Shown one piece after another: positions 11,671 to 22,225 of a stretch of DNA of 53,821 nucleotides. The notes under the pieces were generated by a model, which searched no databases, was not told the origin of the DNA, and saw only the letters and a list, made by a program, of their open reading frames with translations. Each line of letters starts with the position of its first letter. The stretch's first letter is position 1. The translations under genes were made by a program, and so were the position numbers. The stretch is from Nemertoderma westbladi (lineage: Eukaryota; Animalia; Xenacoelomorpha): the NCBI GenBank assembly GCA_032718475.1, contig JAUCBJ010004101.1, forward strand, positions 1 through 53,821, in the 5' to 3' direction.

Positions 11671-12970
11671 AACCGGTCAGCCGGTAGGCCTACCAGTACC
11701 GTATTTAAATGGTAGGCTACACAGTAGGCCTACACAGCAGTACCGGTGCCGGTACCGGTACTAAAATACTTAAAATACCTGCTTTATACCTACATCTGTA
11801 CATGCAATACTATATACTATACTATACTATATACTAATACCGGTACTGATAGCCTGAGAGAACAGCAGTAGAGAAACCGGTAGCATGGAACCTAACGGTA
11901 AATTTCTGGAGGACATAAAAAGTAAAAAAAAAGCTAATACCGGTACTGATAGCCTGAGAGAACAGCAGTAGAGAAACCGGTTACATGGAACCTAACGGTA
12001 GATTTCTGGAGGACATAAAAAGTAAAACAAAAAGGACAAAAAAAGGATTTAAACGGACAGTAAAAATTATTGCGTTAAATAATCCCAAACAAACATAGCC
12101 TAGCTATGTAATTATATCCCTACAGTATGCTATGCGAGCTAGCAGTGACCGTAGATGAACCTACACTAGCACTGTCTGGGTGGGAGACAGTAATTTTTAT
12201 TAAATAAGACATTTATGTTTGATGTTATAAAACAAATTTTCCGTAGTTTTTTTATAATTTTGTACAGTACCGTAGATGGACTTTATTTTTCTCCTTTCTA
12301 TAAATTCCATTATTAGATTATATCAAAACAGATAAACAATAGAATTTACAATAAATTAAATAAATAAATTGTCCATAGTACCATTTTGGAAAAATATGAA
12401 TAGCTACACAATAGAGATATTGTATAGGAATACCGCTGTTGCCAACCAACTCATAAAATAAATAACACGTTCTAGAATTTTGTAAATTTATTAGATGAAA
12501 AAGATGGCCTACAGCGAATGATCGTTCTTGCAATCTTTGAACGCCTATATCTGAGCTGTTTCTCAACGAAATTCAGATATTCTTACATATTTGGAATCCT
12601 TGCAACTAAAGCTTTTTAATGATATGAAGAAATTACGACTAATCGGAAGAATGGCCACGATACGGAGGGTGCGATTTCGAAAAAGACAGTTTTTTAAACG
12701 CTTATAAAAAAAATTTCAAGACAAAATCGCAAATTCCGGCTTCATGGGGTCATCGACGGTGAGTGGAACTACAGTAGTTGTGTTTCAAATTTCAAGCAAC
12801 ATGATAAAGATTTTAAAAATTTGGGGGGAGGGGGGGGGGGGGGGGGGGGTCCGTGTCATCAGAAAATGACACTATATTACGGGACATGGTGTATATATTA
12901 GAGCAGAATTATCATTATTAATTATTTGCTTTTATTTTTAAACATACATGAATGATTAGGGGTGGTTGGA

Positions 12971-13121
12971 CCGTTAACAGTGTTGTAATTATTTTTTTGG
13001 AATTATTTGTAGGCGATTTGTGGGAATTATTTATTCCGTTAACAGTGTTGTGATTATTTGTGGGCATTAATTCCGTTAACAGTATTGGAATTATTTGGGG
13101 GCTGTTATTCCGTTGACAGTA
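12971..13121. repeat. Four-fold ccgttaacagt repeat module (8 copies in the array)
   Basis: Also at ~16858, 22238, 26558, 30588, 37157, 41119, 49228. Confidence 0.8.
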
Positions 13122-13493
13122 TTACATTTCTGTTAAATACATAAGTCAATAATTATTAGCTATCGACTCAGTAATTATCCGACCGAAGGAGATTTAAAGT
13201 TAAAAATATATTAAAAAATTTTATAAAAATATTTTAATAAAAATTAAAAAAAATAAAATAAAACCATTCTTACGATACAAACAGTAAATAGAACAACAAA
13301 CTCGTACGAAATTAAAATTACCGTGGACAGAATGAATATTTCATGTGATGGCGCGGAATTGAGTAGTTTTGTATTAATAATTAAATATAATGCAATGCTA
13401 CAAACAGCAAATAAATATTTAGATCTGGTTACATAACTATCCAATAATATGTGGGCTCAATCTATATTATTTACTCGAGTCGGCTGTTAACAT

Positions 13494-13829
13494 TTACGAG
13501 TAGTATGCTTCGCACATGATCGATATAGCTCTATGAGCTCGACGGGAATAGGCCTTGTAAAAGTGGTCCCCACAGATCTTGGAGAGCCACAGATGGAAAT
13601 CTTCCAGCTTCTCTCTTAGTAGAATGTACTTCGCTAAGACCTGGTAGGCGCGTGTGAATCCATTATTGGCGAGACTACCTCCGAATACTTCTCCTATTCC
13701 AGGGATGTACTTTACACTCCGATTTCCCAACTCTCGAGCCAGAATCCGTCGATGTTTCTTCGTCTTCAGGATCTTCCCTATCTTCTTTCCGTTTCCACTT
13801 CTTCTCGCGTTTCCTCGACTTCCCTTACC
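13494..13829 (-). CDS. BAF-like terminal exon, intact, without its own short exon 1
   Basis: 336-nt open exon with ctttcag acceptor. The upstream intron switches to the 'type A' spacer after gacaaggatatca (~14127). Confidence 0.65.
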   Translation of the reverse strand, partial: GKGSRGNARRSGNGKKIGKILKTKKHRRILARELGNRSVKYIPGIGEVFGGSLANNGFTRAYQVLAKYILLREKLEDFHLWLSKICGDHFYKAYSRRAHRAISIMCEAYYS

Positions 13830-15517
13830 CTGAAAGAATTGTATTGAACATTTTGTAAAATGATTTTACGATGTTTAATAATAACCGAGTCACGAAAGTA
13901 AACTAAAAAAAGTAAAGTTATCTTTGTACATTATTTCAGGGAATACGCACAAAGAATCACTTATTTCCAATGCGATTCCCCCAGAACTACTGTATTCTGC
14001 CTAGAAGAAACTTACTCTTTTAGCGATCGTTTAAGGATGTAAGGCGCATAGATGAAACCGGCTTAACTTGAACCCACGGTAGCCAGATATGTTAATTATA
14101 GGTATTGGGCTAAACGACAAGGATATCATCGCGGATATCATATCTCGTTCGAACGACTTTGCAGTATATTTTCTGGCGATTTATTATATATGTATATGAT
14201 ATATCTGTATTTTGTACAGAAAAATTTTCTGTACAAATTAAATTATTGTTATAATTATTATATTATTTATTATTATTTATATATATTTTTATATTTATAT
14301 TTAATTATTATGTTATATTATTTATATTGTAAATTATATTGTACAGAAAATATATTTAATATATTTTCTGTAAAATATAATTTGTGGCGATGCGGATCAG
14401 TTTTAGAGCTATTCTGGTCCCCCTGGATGAAAAGTAGGGTAAAAGTAAAAAAAAATTAAATGAAAAAATGTTGTGTTTGGTTGGATAATTGTGAAGGTAT
14501 ACGGGTTTTCGAGGTCGCTGAACATGATGACGCAACTATAAATAGTGCCCCAGGACGAAAAGTACAAGAAGTATCAAAAATTTCAACAGTGAAATTTTGC
14601 CATTGTTTGGATAATTCTGACGCTATGTACTGTATGTAGCCTTTCACAGTCGCTGATCACGATACAACTCTTTAGAATATTTGTGGTTACGCAACTATCG
14701 TTTTTGGTGCTTGTCTGGTGGGACGAAAAATACAATAAGACCAGAAAATCAGGTTTATTTGCCAGTAATGATTTAGGTTTACGCGAATTTGATGCCATCA
14801 TTATTCATTGTCTAAAGAGACCAACAGTCATAGCCATCGCGCGAACAAAGCGTCTTACATTATGCTATGACTCTAAGTTAAAGAAATATCAGTCAAATAA
14901 GTATGTGAAACTAAACATTATTTTTGATCAAACCTGTTGTCTCCTGAGCTAGAAAATCAGGATATCAATTTATTATATTTGACCGTTTTGCATGCTGTGC
15001 TGTATCTCTCCGTACACAGTGTATATAATATAGTAGACCTACAATTCAATTATAATTAACATAATAAAAATAAACCCGCCTCTACATCGATTAATTAACT
15101 CATACCAGGGGAGTGCACAGCCCTGAATATACAGTATCATTATTATTTATTCTATTGGTCTTTGATTAACGTACAGTACAGTAGGCACTATTTTATTGTG
15201 CATTAGATCTCTTTTAGCACTGCTAGTGTTTGTTCATGTAGGGCCTACTTATTGTTTTACCAGGAAGCTATCGATTTCTAATACAGGTAGTAGCTATAGA
15301 TTTTATACAAATTCAAAAATATAATATAGTTTCAAATAATATTGTTGCAAAATTAATCTGTTTATAATAAATAGTCTAAAATACTGTTCCTGCGCAGTTG
15401 ACCAATATACTGTAGTTAACGCTTTTACATTATTAATATTATTATATTATATTAAAGCTTTTTGAAGAACATTTTGTCTGTAAGAACTTTATCTTTCGGC
15501 ATTTTCTTTCCTTTTCA

Positions 15518-15911
15518 TCATTTCTTCGATCTTCCCCGTCCCTTCTTCCCCTGTAAATATCAATTCATATTCTGTTACACTCACTTAATTACGTATATGT
15601 ACTGTATATAGTAGACCTAAACCCACATTATATCCTATATTATATTTAGTCAAACAAACCTTCACTTTCTTTCCCTTTCCTCTACGACTTCTAGATCTGC
15701 TTCCTTTACCGCGGCGACTCCTAGACCTGCTCTTCTTTCCCTTCTTACTTCCCTTTCGTTTTTTACGTCTCCTTTTCTCCATTTCGTTCCGGCTGGTGGA
15801 ACGATTACCACTCTTTGATAGGCTCCTACTTTTCCTTTCATCTAAGGCCCAACTCGGCAAACTATCCAGCCCTAAATCGCTATCTTCCTCTTGCCCCTCT
15901 TGAACAGGCAT
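15518..15911 (-). CDS. Protamine-like protein, short form (94 aa)
   Basis: Exon 1 15911-15660; exon 2 15550-15518 reads GKKGRGRSKK then TGA TGA. Confidence 0.75.
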
Positions 15912-16024
15912 GCTTTTTCAATGTATTTACCAAAAATTATGTACAGTATTTCCTAAAGAAAAAATGATATCAGAATTTATTTTGTAAATCATTTTTCTCC
16001 TAAATGACATAAGTTGATGTGTCG

Positions 16025-16163
16025 TTCTATTATATATCATAGTTTGAATTCCAGAACTTAGTTTTGATTGGTTGATTTGAGCAATACTCTTCTGATTATC
16101 TGATTGGCTAAAATAAACTTGTATTTGGTAGGCGGTTTTGGTGGGAGGTTTACCCGTTAACGG
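16025..16163 (-). promoter_or_regulatory. Putative promoter of the protamine-like gene (repeated in each copy)
   Basis: TATATAA ~120 nt upstream of ATG; TTTGAA 16043-48; CCAAT boxes at 16067-71 and 16103-07; CCGTTAACGG palindrome 16154-63. Confidence 0.55.
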
Positions 16164-16845
16164 GATTCGGCATTACTATGTTGGGTACCCACTTTTTGAC
16201 CTTTTATTTGACCATGTTAATGGCTATTAACAGCCACTTCTCTTTCGAGACAACTGGCGGAATGGGTGAAGGGGTTCGGTGTCCCCACGCGTTTCGCTTC
16301 TGACGGCGGCCCACAGTTCTCAGGAAAGGATTTCCTAAGCGTCTGGGGAGTCGAGCCTATCACATCCTCCCCAGTTTACCCACAGAGTAACGGCCTTGCG
16401 GAGTCCGCTGTCAAGGCGACTAAGGCGTTTCTAACTAAGAAAAGGGGGAAACTGGACTCATCGTCATTCCAGGAGGGACTCCTGGAATCCCAGACAGCCA
16501 CATACAATCGTGGCGCGCGACCCCTACCCCCCTTAGCGGTAGGGGCACCTGTGGGGGTTCAAAACACCACATCGAAACGTTGGGACCGCACCGGGGTCAT
16601 TGTGGAATCCAATCCCAACCGGAAGTACAGCGTTCGGACGCCTTCCGGTCGGTGCCTCACCCGCAACCGCCGCCACCTCATCCAGGGCACGGCCACTGGC
16701 ATCAACGACGGCTCCAGCGCCGCCACGCCACAGAAGGGCGTGTTCACTGGGCTGACGAACAAGCCAGTGTGTCTCCCGATCGGCCACGCCGTTCCTACCC
16801 ACGCCGCCGAAGGCAACCGCCCAATAGACTATGATAGTTTGTGTA
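16164..16845 (+). mobile_element. Fossil Gypsy integrase fragment embedded in the repeat unit
   Basis: FGVP...SDGGPQF...SSPVYPQSNGLAESAVK integrase core and RNRRHL C-terminal motif; GC-rich; no LTRs; internal deletion. Confidence 0.85.
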
Positions 16846-17380
16846 GGGGTGGATGGACCGTTAACAGTGTTGTAATTATTTTTTTGGAATTATTTGTGGG
16901 CGATTTGTGGGAATTATTTATTCCGTTAACAGTGTTGGGATTATTTGTGGGCAGTAATTCCGTTAACAGTATTGGAATTATTTGGGGGCGGTTATTCCGT
17001 TAACAGTATTACATTTCTGTTAAATACACAAGTCAATAATTATTAGCTATCGACTCAGTAATTATCCGATCGAAGGAGATTTAAAGTTAAAGATATATTA
17101 AAAAATTTTATAAAAATATTCTAATAAAAATTAAAAAAAATAAAATAAAACCATTCTTACGATACAAACAGTAAATAGAACAACAAACTCGTACGAAATT
17201 AAAATTACCGTGGACAGAATGAATATTTCATGTGATGGCGCGGAATTGAGTAGTTTTGTATTAATAATTAAATATAATGCAATGCTACAAACAGCAAATA
17301 AATATTTAGATCTGGTTACATAACTATCCAATAACATGTGGGCTCAATCTATCTTATTAACTCGAGTCGGCTGTTAACAT

Positions 17381-18137
17381 TTACGAGTAGTATGCTTCGC
17401 ACATGATCGATATAGCTCTATGAGCTCGACGGGAATAGGCCTTGTAAAAGTGGTCCCCACAGATCTTGGAGAGCCACAGATGGAAATCTTCCAGCTTCTC
17501 TCTTAGTAGAATGTACTTCGCTAAGACCTGGTAGGCGCGTGTGAATCCATTATTGGAGAGACTACCTCCGAATACTTCTCCTATTCCAGGGATGTACTTT
17601 ACACTCCGATTTCCCAACTCTCGAGCCAGAATCCGTCGATGTTTCTTCGTCTTCAGGATCTTCCCTATCTTCTTTCCGTTTCCACTTCTTCTCGCGTTTC
17701 CTCGACTTCCCTTACCCTGAAAGAATTGTATTGAGCATTTTGTAAAATGATTTTACGATGTTTAATAAGAACCGAGTCACGAAAGTAAACTAAAAAAAGT
17801 AAAGTTATCTTTGTACATTATTTCAGGGAATACGCACAAAGAATCACTTATTTCCAGTGCGATTCCCCCAGAACTACTGTATTCTGCCTAGAAGAAACTT
17901 ACTCTTTTAGCGATCGTTTAAGGATGCAAGGCGCATAGATGAAACCGTGTTAACTTGAACCCACGGTAGCCAGATATGTTAATTATAGGTAATGGGCTAA
18001 ACCACAAGGATATCACAGAGAAATATATCCCAACATAAATTATATTGTATTAAAATAAATAAACAAACCTTCCCTTTCATCCCATTCCCTCTACGACTCA
18101 TTGACCTGCTTCTATTCCCTTTCTTCTTCGCAGCCAT
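17381..18137 (-). CDS. BAF-like protein with protamine-like basic N-terminal tail, complete two-exon copy 1 (134 aa)
   Basis: Exon 1 18137-18069 (MAAKKKGNRSRSMSRRGNGMKGK, donor AAG|GTTTGT). Intron 18068-17717, acceptor ctttcag|, phase 0. Exon 2 17716-17381: GKGSRGNARRSGNGKKIGKILKTKKHRRILARELGNRSVKYIPGIGEVFGGSLSNNGFTRAYQVLAKYILL...FHLWL...CEAYYS*. Aligns by eye to BAF ([27 protein letters not shown]...GFDKAYVVLGQFLVL...FREWL...WCDAFL). Confidence 0.85.
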
Positions 18138-18249
18138 TTTAGTCCCAACACGGATACAGTACCTGCTATTATTATCTATCCTAATTAATTTAAATTCTGT
18201 TACAAATTTAATAGAGCGATTCGTGTATGACAACTTTTTTCAATGTTTG

Positions 18250-18362
18250 TTATTTATATATGAAGACTAAATTCTAGAATTAGTTAACCCACCGATTAAA
18301 TTATATTATAGGTGGTTGATTGGATGTAATAAACTAACGGCGTATTAATTCTGTTAACGGTA
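18250..18362 (-). promoter_or_regulatory. Putative promoter of the BAF-tail gene (also ~23635-23745, ~44720-44835)
   Basis: TATATAAAT ~120 nt upstream of ATG, CCAATC at ~18318, TAACGG at ~18335 and ~18355. Confidence 0.5.
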
Positions 18363-18899
18363 TTCAGAATCCCCCCCCCCCCCCCCCTGGACATTACATT
18401 GTACTCATTCTAAAGTCTTAATTTGGAACAAGTCTCCACCACCCACAACCTACGTAGGTATGGGAGGCCCACTAAATTATTATACTGTACCTACAAATCC
18501 TAATCGCTTGAAATTTTAATCATAAACAATTGGGTCCTAATATTTATTAGCATGGTAATACTTATTTATATTAGCTTAAACAGGGTGTTATATATCTTTT
18601 GGGGCGAGCCCCGAAATATGCGAAGCCTTAGCATTGGGGTAGGCCTACCACTAATGATTTGTCTGTCGTTATTGTCTGTCGTCGTCGTCTAATATTTGAT
18701 CGCTAATAACTCGGTTATTCCATAATAAACTTAAACCAAACTTGGTACGTATGTAGACCGTCAAACGTTTAGAAAGAATCTGAAGTTTAGTCAAAAATCC
18801 GACTGTCTGACATTTTGCATTCTCGGGCCGAGAATGTCATGTACTTTTGGCGGGAACGGCGACCCACACATACAATGAAAAAAAAAAGAGTTTCGGTAT

Positions 18900-19235
18900 A
18901 ATTGTTAGTTAAAACTGATTTCTGAGATGTTTCTGACTGTTGTTAGGGGGTAAGTGTGATGAGTATTATTTTTCGCCAACTACTGTAGGTGAAGAAATTT
19001 GTTAAAAAGATAAGTTTGTGTAAGGCCGTGGACAGTTTTGTAAAACGAGATTATACAAAATAATGGCACCCGGTCTTGAGGAGAGGGGCTGTAGGTTGCA
19101 TTCCTTTTCGGTGCTACAGTAGCTAGTTTAAGGATATCAGTTCCGAGGTTGCTAAGAGATCAGAGCAACCTATGAGAGATGTCACACCATACAGCGCAGC
19201 CGTACTCCAACTTGGTCGTACATAAAACTGGTGTA
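18900..19235 (-). mobile_element. Decayed LINE RT remnant in the type B spacer (also ~24280-24615, ~45365-45705)
   Basis: Minus strand reads (VRP)...LEYGCAVWCD-like with frameshifts. Confidence 0.45.
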
Positions 19236-19602
19236 GGCCTATATTATAAGCTAAATAAATTTTAATATAATAAGATTAACCAGACTCAACTTCGATTAAC
19301 GCATACTAGGGGAGTGCCCTGCCCTGCCCTGAATATGTCATTATTATGTTAGTCCTTGGTAAGTATGTTATTGTGTAGACCTATTATAACTCTCTTATAT
19401 TAGTTAGCTAGTGTTTTTTTTCATATTGTTTTACCAGGCAGCTAGTGATTTCTAATAGTACAAATAGCTATCGATTTTATATAGGTAATTTAAAAAATAT
19501 AGGGTTTCAAATAATATTGCTGCACAATTTATTAATTAATATGTTTATTGTAAATCGTCTAAATTACTGCCACAGTTGGCCGGTATCGTAAACTGTTCGA
19601 TA

Positions 19603-20068
19603 TTAAAGCTTTTTGAAGAACATTTTGTCTGTAAGAACTCTATCTTTCGGCATTTTCTTCCCTTTTCCACGTTTATTCGATCTTCCCCGTCCTTTCTTTC
19701 CCTGTAAATATCAATTCATATTCTGTTACACTCACTTAATTACGTATATGTACTGTAAATTTATATGGTTTATATAGTAGACCTAAACCCACATTATATC
19801 CTATATTATATTTAGTCAAACAAACCTTCCCTTTCTTTCCCTTTCCTCTACGACTTCTAGATCTGCTTCCTTTACCTCGGCGACTCCTAGACCTGCTCTT
19901 CTTTCCCTTCTTACTTCCCTTTCGTTTTTTACGTCTCCTTTTCTCCATTTCGTTCCGGCTGGTGGAACGATTACCACTCTTTGATAGGCTCCTACTTTTC
20001 CTTTCATCTAAGGCCCAACTCGGCAAACTATCCAGCCCTAAATCGCTATCTTCCTCTTGAACAGGCAT
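19603..20068 (-). CDS. Protamine-like protein, long form (113 aa)
   Basis: Exon 1 20068-19826; exon 2 19701-19603 (...MPKDRVLTDKMFFKKL*). Confidence 0.75.
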
Positions 20069-20320
20069 GCTTTTTCAATGTATTTACCAAAAATTATGTA
20101 CAGTATTTCCTAAAGAAAAAATGATATCAGAATTTATTTTGTAAATCATTTTTCTCCTAAATGACATAAGTTGATGTGTCGTTCTATTATATATCATAGT
20201 TTGAATTCTAGAACTTAGTTTTGATTGGTTGATTTGAGCAATACTCTTCTGATTATCTGATTGGCTAAAATAAACTTGTATTTGGTAGGCGGTTTTGGTG
20301 GGAGGTTTACCCGTTAACGG

Positions 20321-22225
20321 GATTCGGCATTACTATGTTATGGGTACCCACTTTTTGACCTTTTATTTGACCATGTCAATGGCTATTAACAGCCACGTCT
20401 CTTTCGAGACAACTGGCGGAATGGGTGAAGGGGTTCGGTGTCCCCACGCGTTTCGCTTCTGACGGCGGCCCACAGTTCTCAGGAAAGGATTTCCTAAGCG
20501 TCTGGGGAGTCGAGCCTATCACATCCTCCCCAGTTTACCCACAGAGTAACGGCCTTGCGGAGTCCGCTGTCAAGGCGACTAAGGCGTTACTAACTAAGAC
20601 AAGGGGGAAACTGGACTCATCGTCATTCCAGGAGGGACTCCTGGAATCCCAGACAGCCACATACAATCGTGGCGCGCGACCCCTACCCCCCTTAGCGGTA
20701 GATAGATAGATAGATAGATTTATTTATACATTATGTAAAAACAATAACAAATACACCAAACAATGTACCGGTATAAAGGTATTGTCCAACATAACATATA
20801 GGATTACCCCTAAAGCTTTGCAGCTTATTTCCAAGGGGGTCCTTTATGTTACTTGGTTACAAATACAATATTACACTACGCTAACCTAAAACCAATATAA
20901 AACGTAATTAAACTATGTACATGTACAACTTTACCGAGAGCATGACAATGCCCGACTCAACGATAAAGATGTAATGTACAGAACAATTTATTATAAAACG
21001 TAATTACAGTATAAATAGTAAATAATTAATAAACTAATAACTTACTGTAGGACTATTGTACCTATTTTTACATTGCACACGGAGATGAGATTTAACTGCA
21101 GATTTAAAAGAATGTTGATTATTTAGGTTTTTAATTTCATTAGGCAGAGCGTTCCAATTTTTTATGCCGTTAAAAAAGAAAGTCTCAGATTCAAAGGATT
21201 TACAATTCGGGAGGTAGAAGTTTGAAGCACTAGCTCTGGTACTGTAAGAGTGTGTATCGCGTACTCTGTTGAATTTTTGTTTTAGGTAATTGGGACATTT
21301 ACCATTATACACTTTATGCACATGGTTAAGGCGTAGCTGCTTAACTCTACTATCTAAGTTAAGTAGTCCAGATTCAGAAAAGTCATCTGGAGTTAGGTGG
21401 TGCCTAGGTTTGTAGTCTTTAATAAATCGTACTACTTTATTCTGAGCTACTTGTAATTTACATTTAAGCTGTTTGGTTAAGCCTTCATACCAAGAAGAGC
21501 ACGCATAGTCCATGTGACACTGTATTAAAGAAGAGCAAAGTAACTTGCGGGAGTCGGTGTTCAAACTATTTTTATTTCTGTATAGAAACCTAAGCCTACT
21601 GTTAACTTTCGAGAAAATATTTTTCACTGTACTTTCTCCTGATAAGCAGTTATCCAATGTGGCGCCTAAATATTTAACTTCCTTTTTATTTTCAATCTTA
21701 TGTCCATTACTAGTGACTTCAAACTTAGTTACCTTCTTTAACTTTCTTTTGGAACCAAACAAAATACTTTCAGTTTTACCGTAGTGAATGGATAGCTTAT
21801 TATCAACCAACCACTCATTACAGGATTCTAGAACTGCACTTAACTTTTGGGAAATATGGATAGGATCTTTATGAGAGAAAATAAGAGCACTGTCGTCGGC
21901 ATATAAAATGAGTTTAAAATCGGGGCGCCTGTGCGGGTTCAAAACACCACATCGAAACGTTGGGACCGCACCGGGGTCATTGTGGAATCCAATCCCAACC
22001 GGAAGTACAGCGTTCGGACGCCTTCCGGTCGGTGCCTCACCCGCAACCGCCGCCACCTCATCCAGAGCACGGCCACTGGCATCAACGACGGCTCCAGCGC
22101 CGCCACGCCACAGAAGGGCGTGTTCACTGGGCTGACGAACAAGCCAGTGTGTCTCCCGATCGGCCACGCCGTTCCTACCCACGCCGCCGAAGGCAACCGC
22201 CCAATAGACTATGATAGTTTGTGTA
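20321..22225 (+). mobile_element. Integrase fragment split by a LINE insertion
   Basis: Same fragment, interrupted at 20701-21921. Confidence 0.85.
20701..21921 (-). mobile_element. 5'-truncated non-LTR retrotransposon (CR1/L2 group)
   Basis: RT C-terminal half LYADD...WLVDNKL...KYLG...HMDYACSSW...HSYSTR, stop at 21034; 3' UTR ends AATAAA + (TCTA)n. Confidence 0.9.

Noticed and set aside
12600-12896. Possible Tc1/mariner-like terminus (gggacatggtgtata) next to a poly-G run
   Set aside because: Only one end is visible; G-run length differs between duplicates and may be a sequencing artefact.
13244-13444. Repeated hydrophobic ORF MDSYVTRSKY... resembling a membrane peptide
   Set aside because: Non-ATG start in AT-rich 3' flank; frameshifted in the 22.6-kb copy; recurrence is explained by duplication.
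13494-13730. Stand-alone 78-aa BAF starting 'MGNRSVK'
   Set aside because: The start is TTG (Leu); the frame continues 33 codons upstream to a splice acceptor and includes BAF helix 1.
16533-16834. Overlapping alternative-frame ORFs in the integrase fragments
   Set aside because: GC-rich shadow ORFs of a transposon fossil.
18596-18870. Possible Helentron/DINE-like fragment (hairpin + gtctgtc microsatellite)
   Set aside because: Suggestive, but boundaries and subterminal repeats could not be established.
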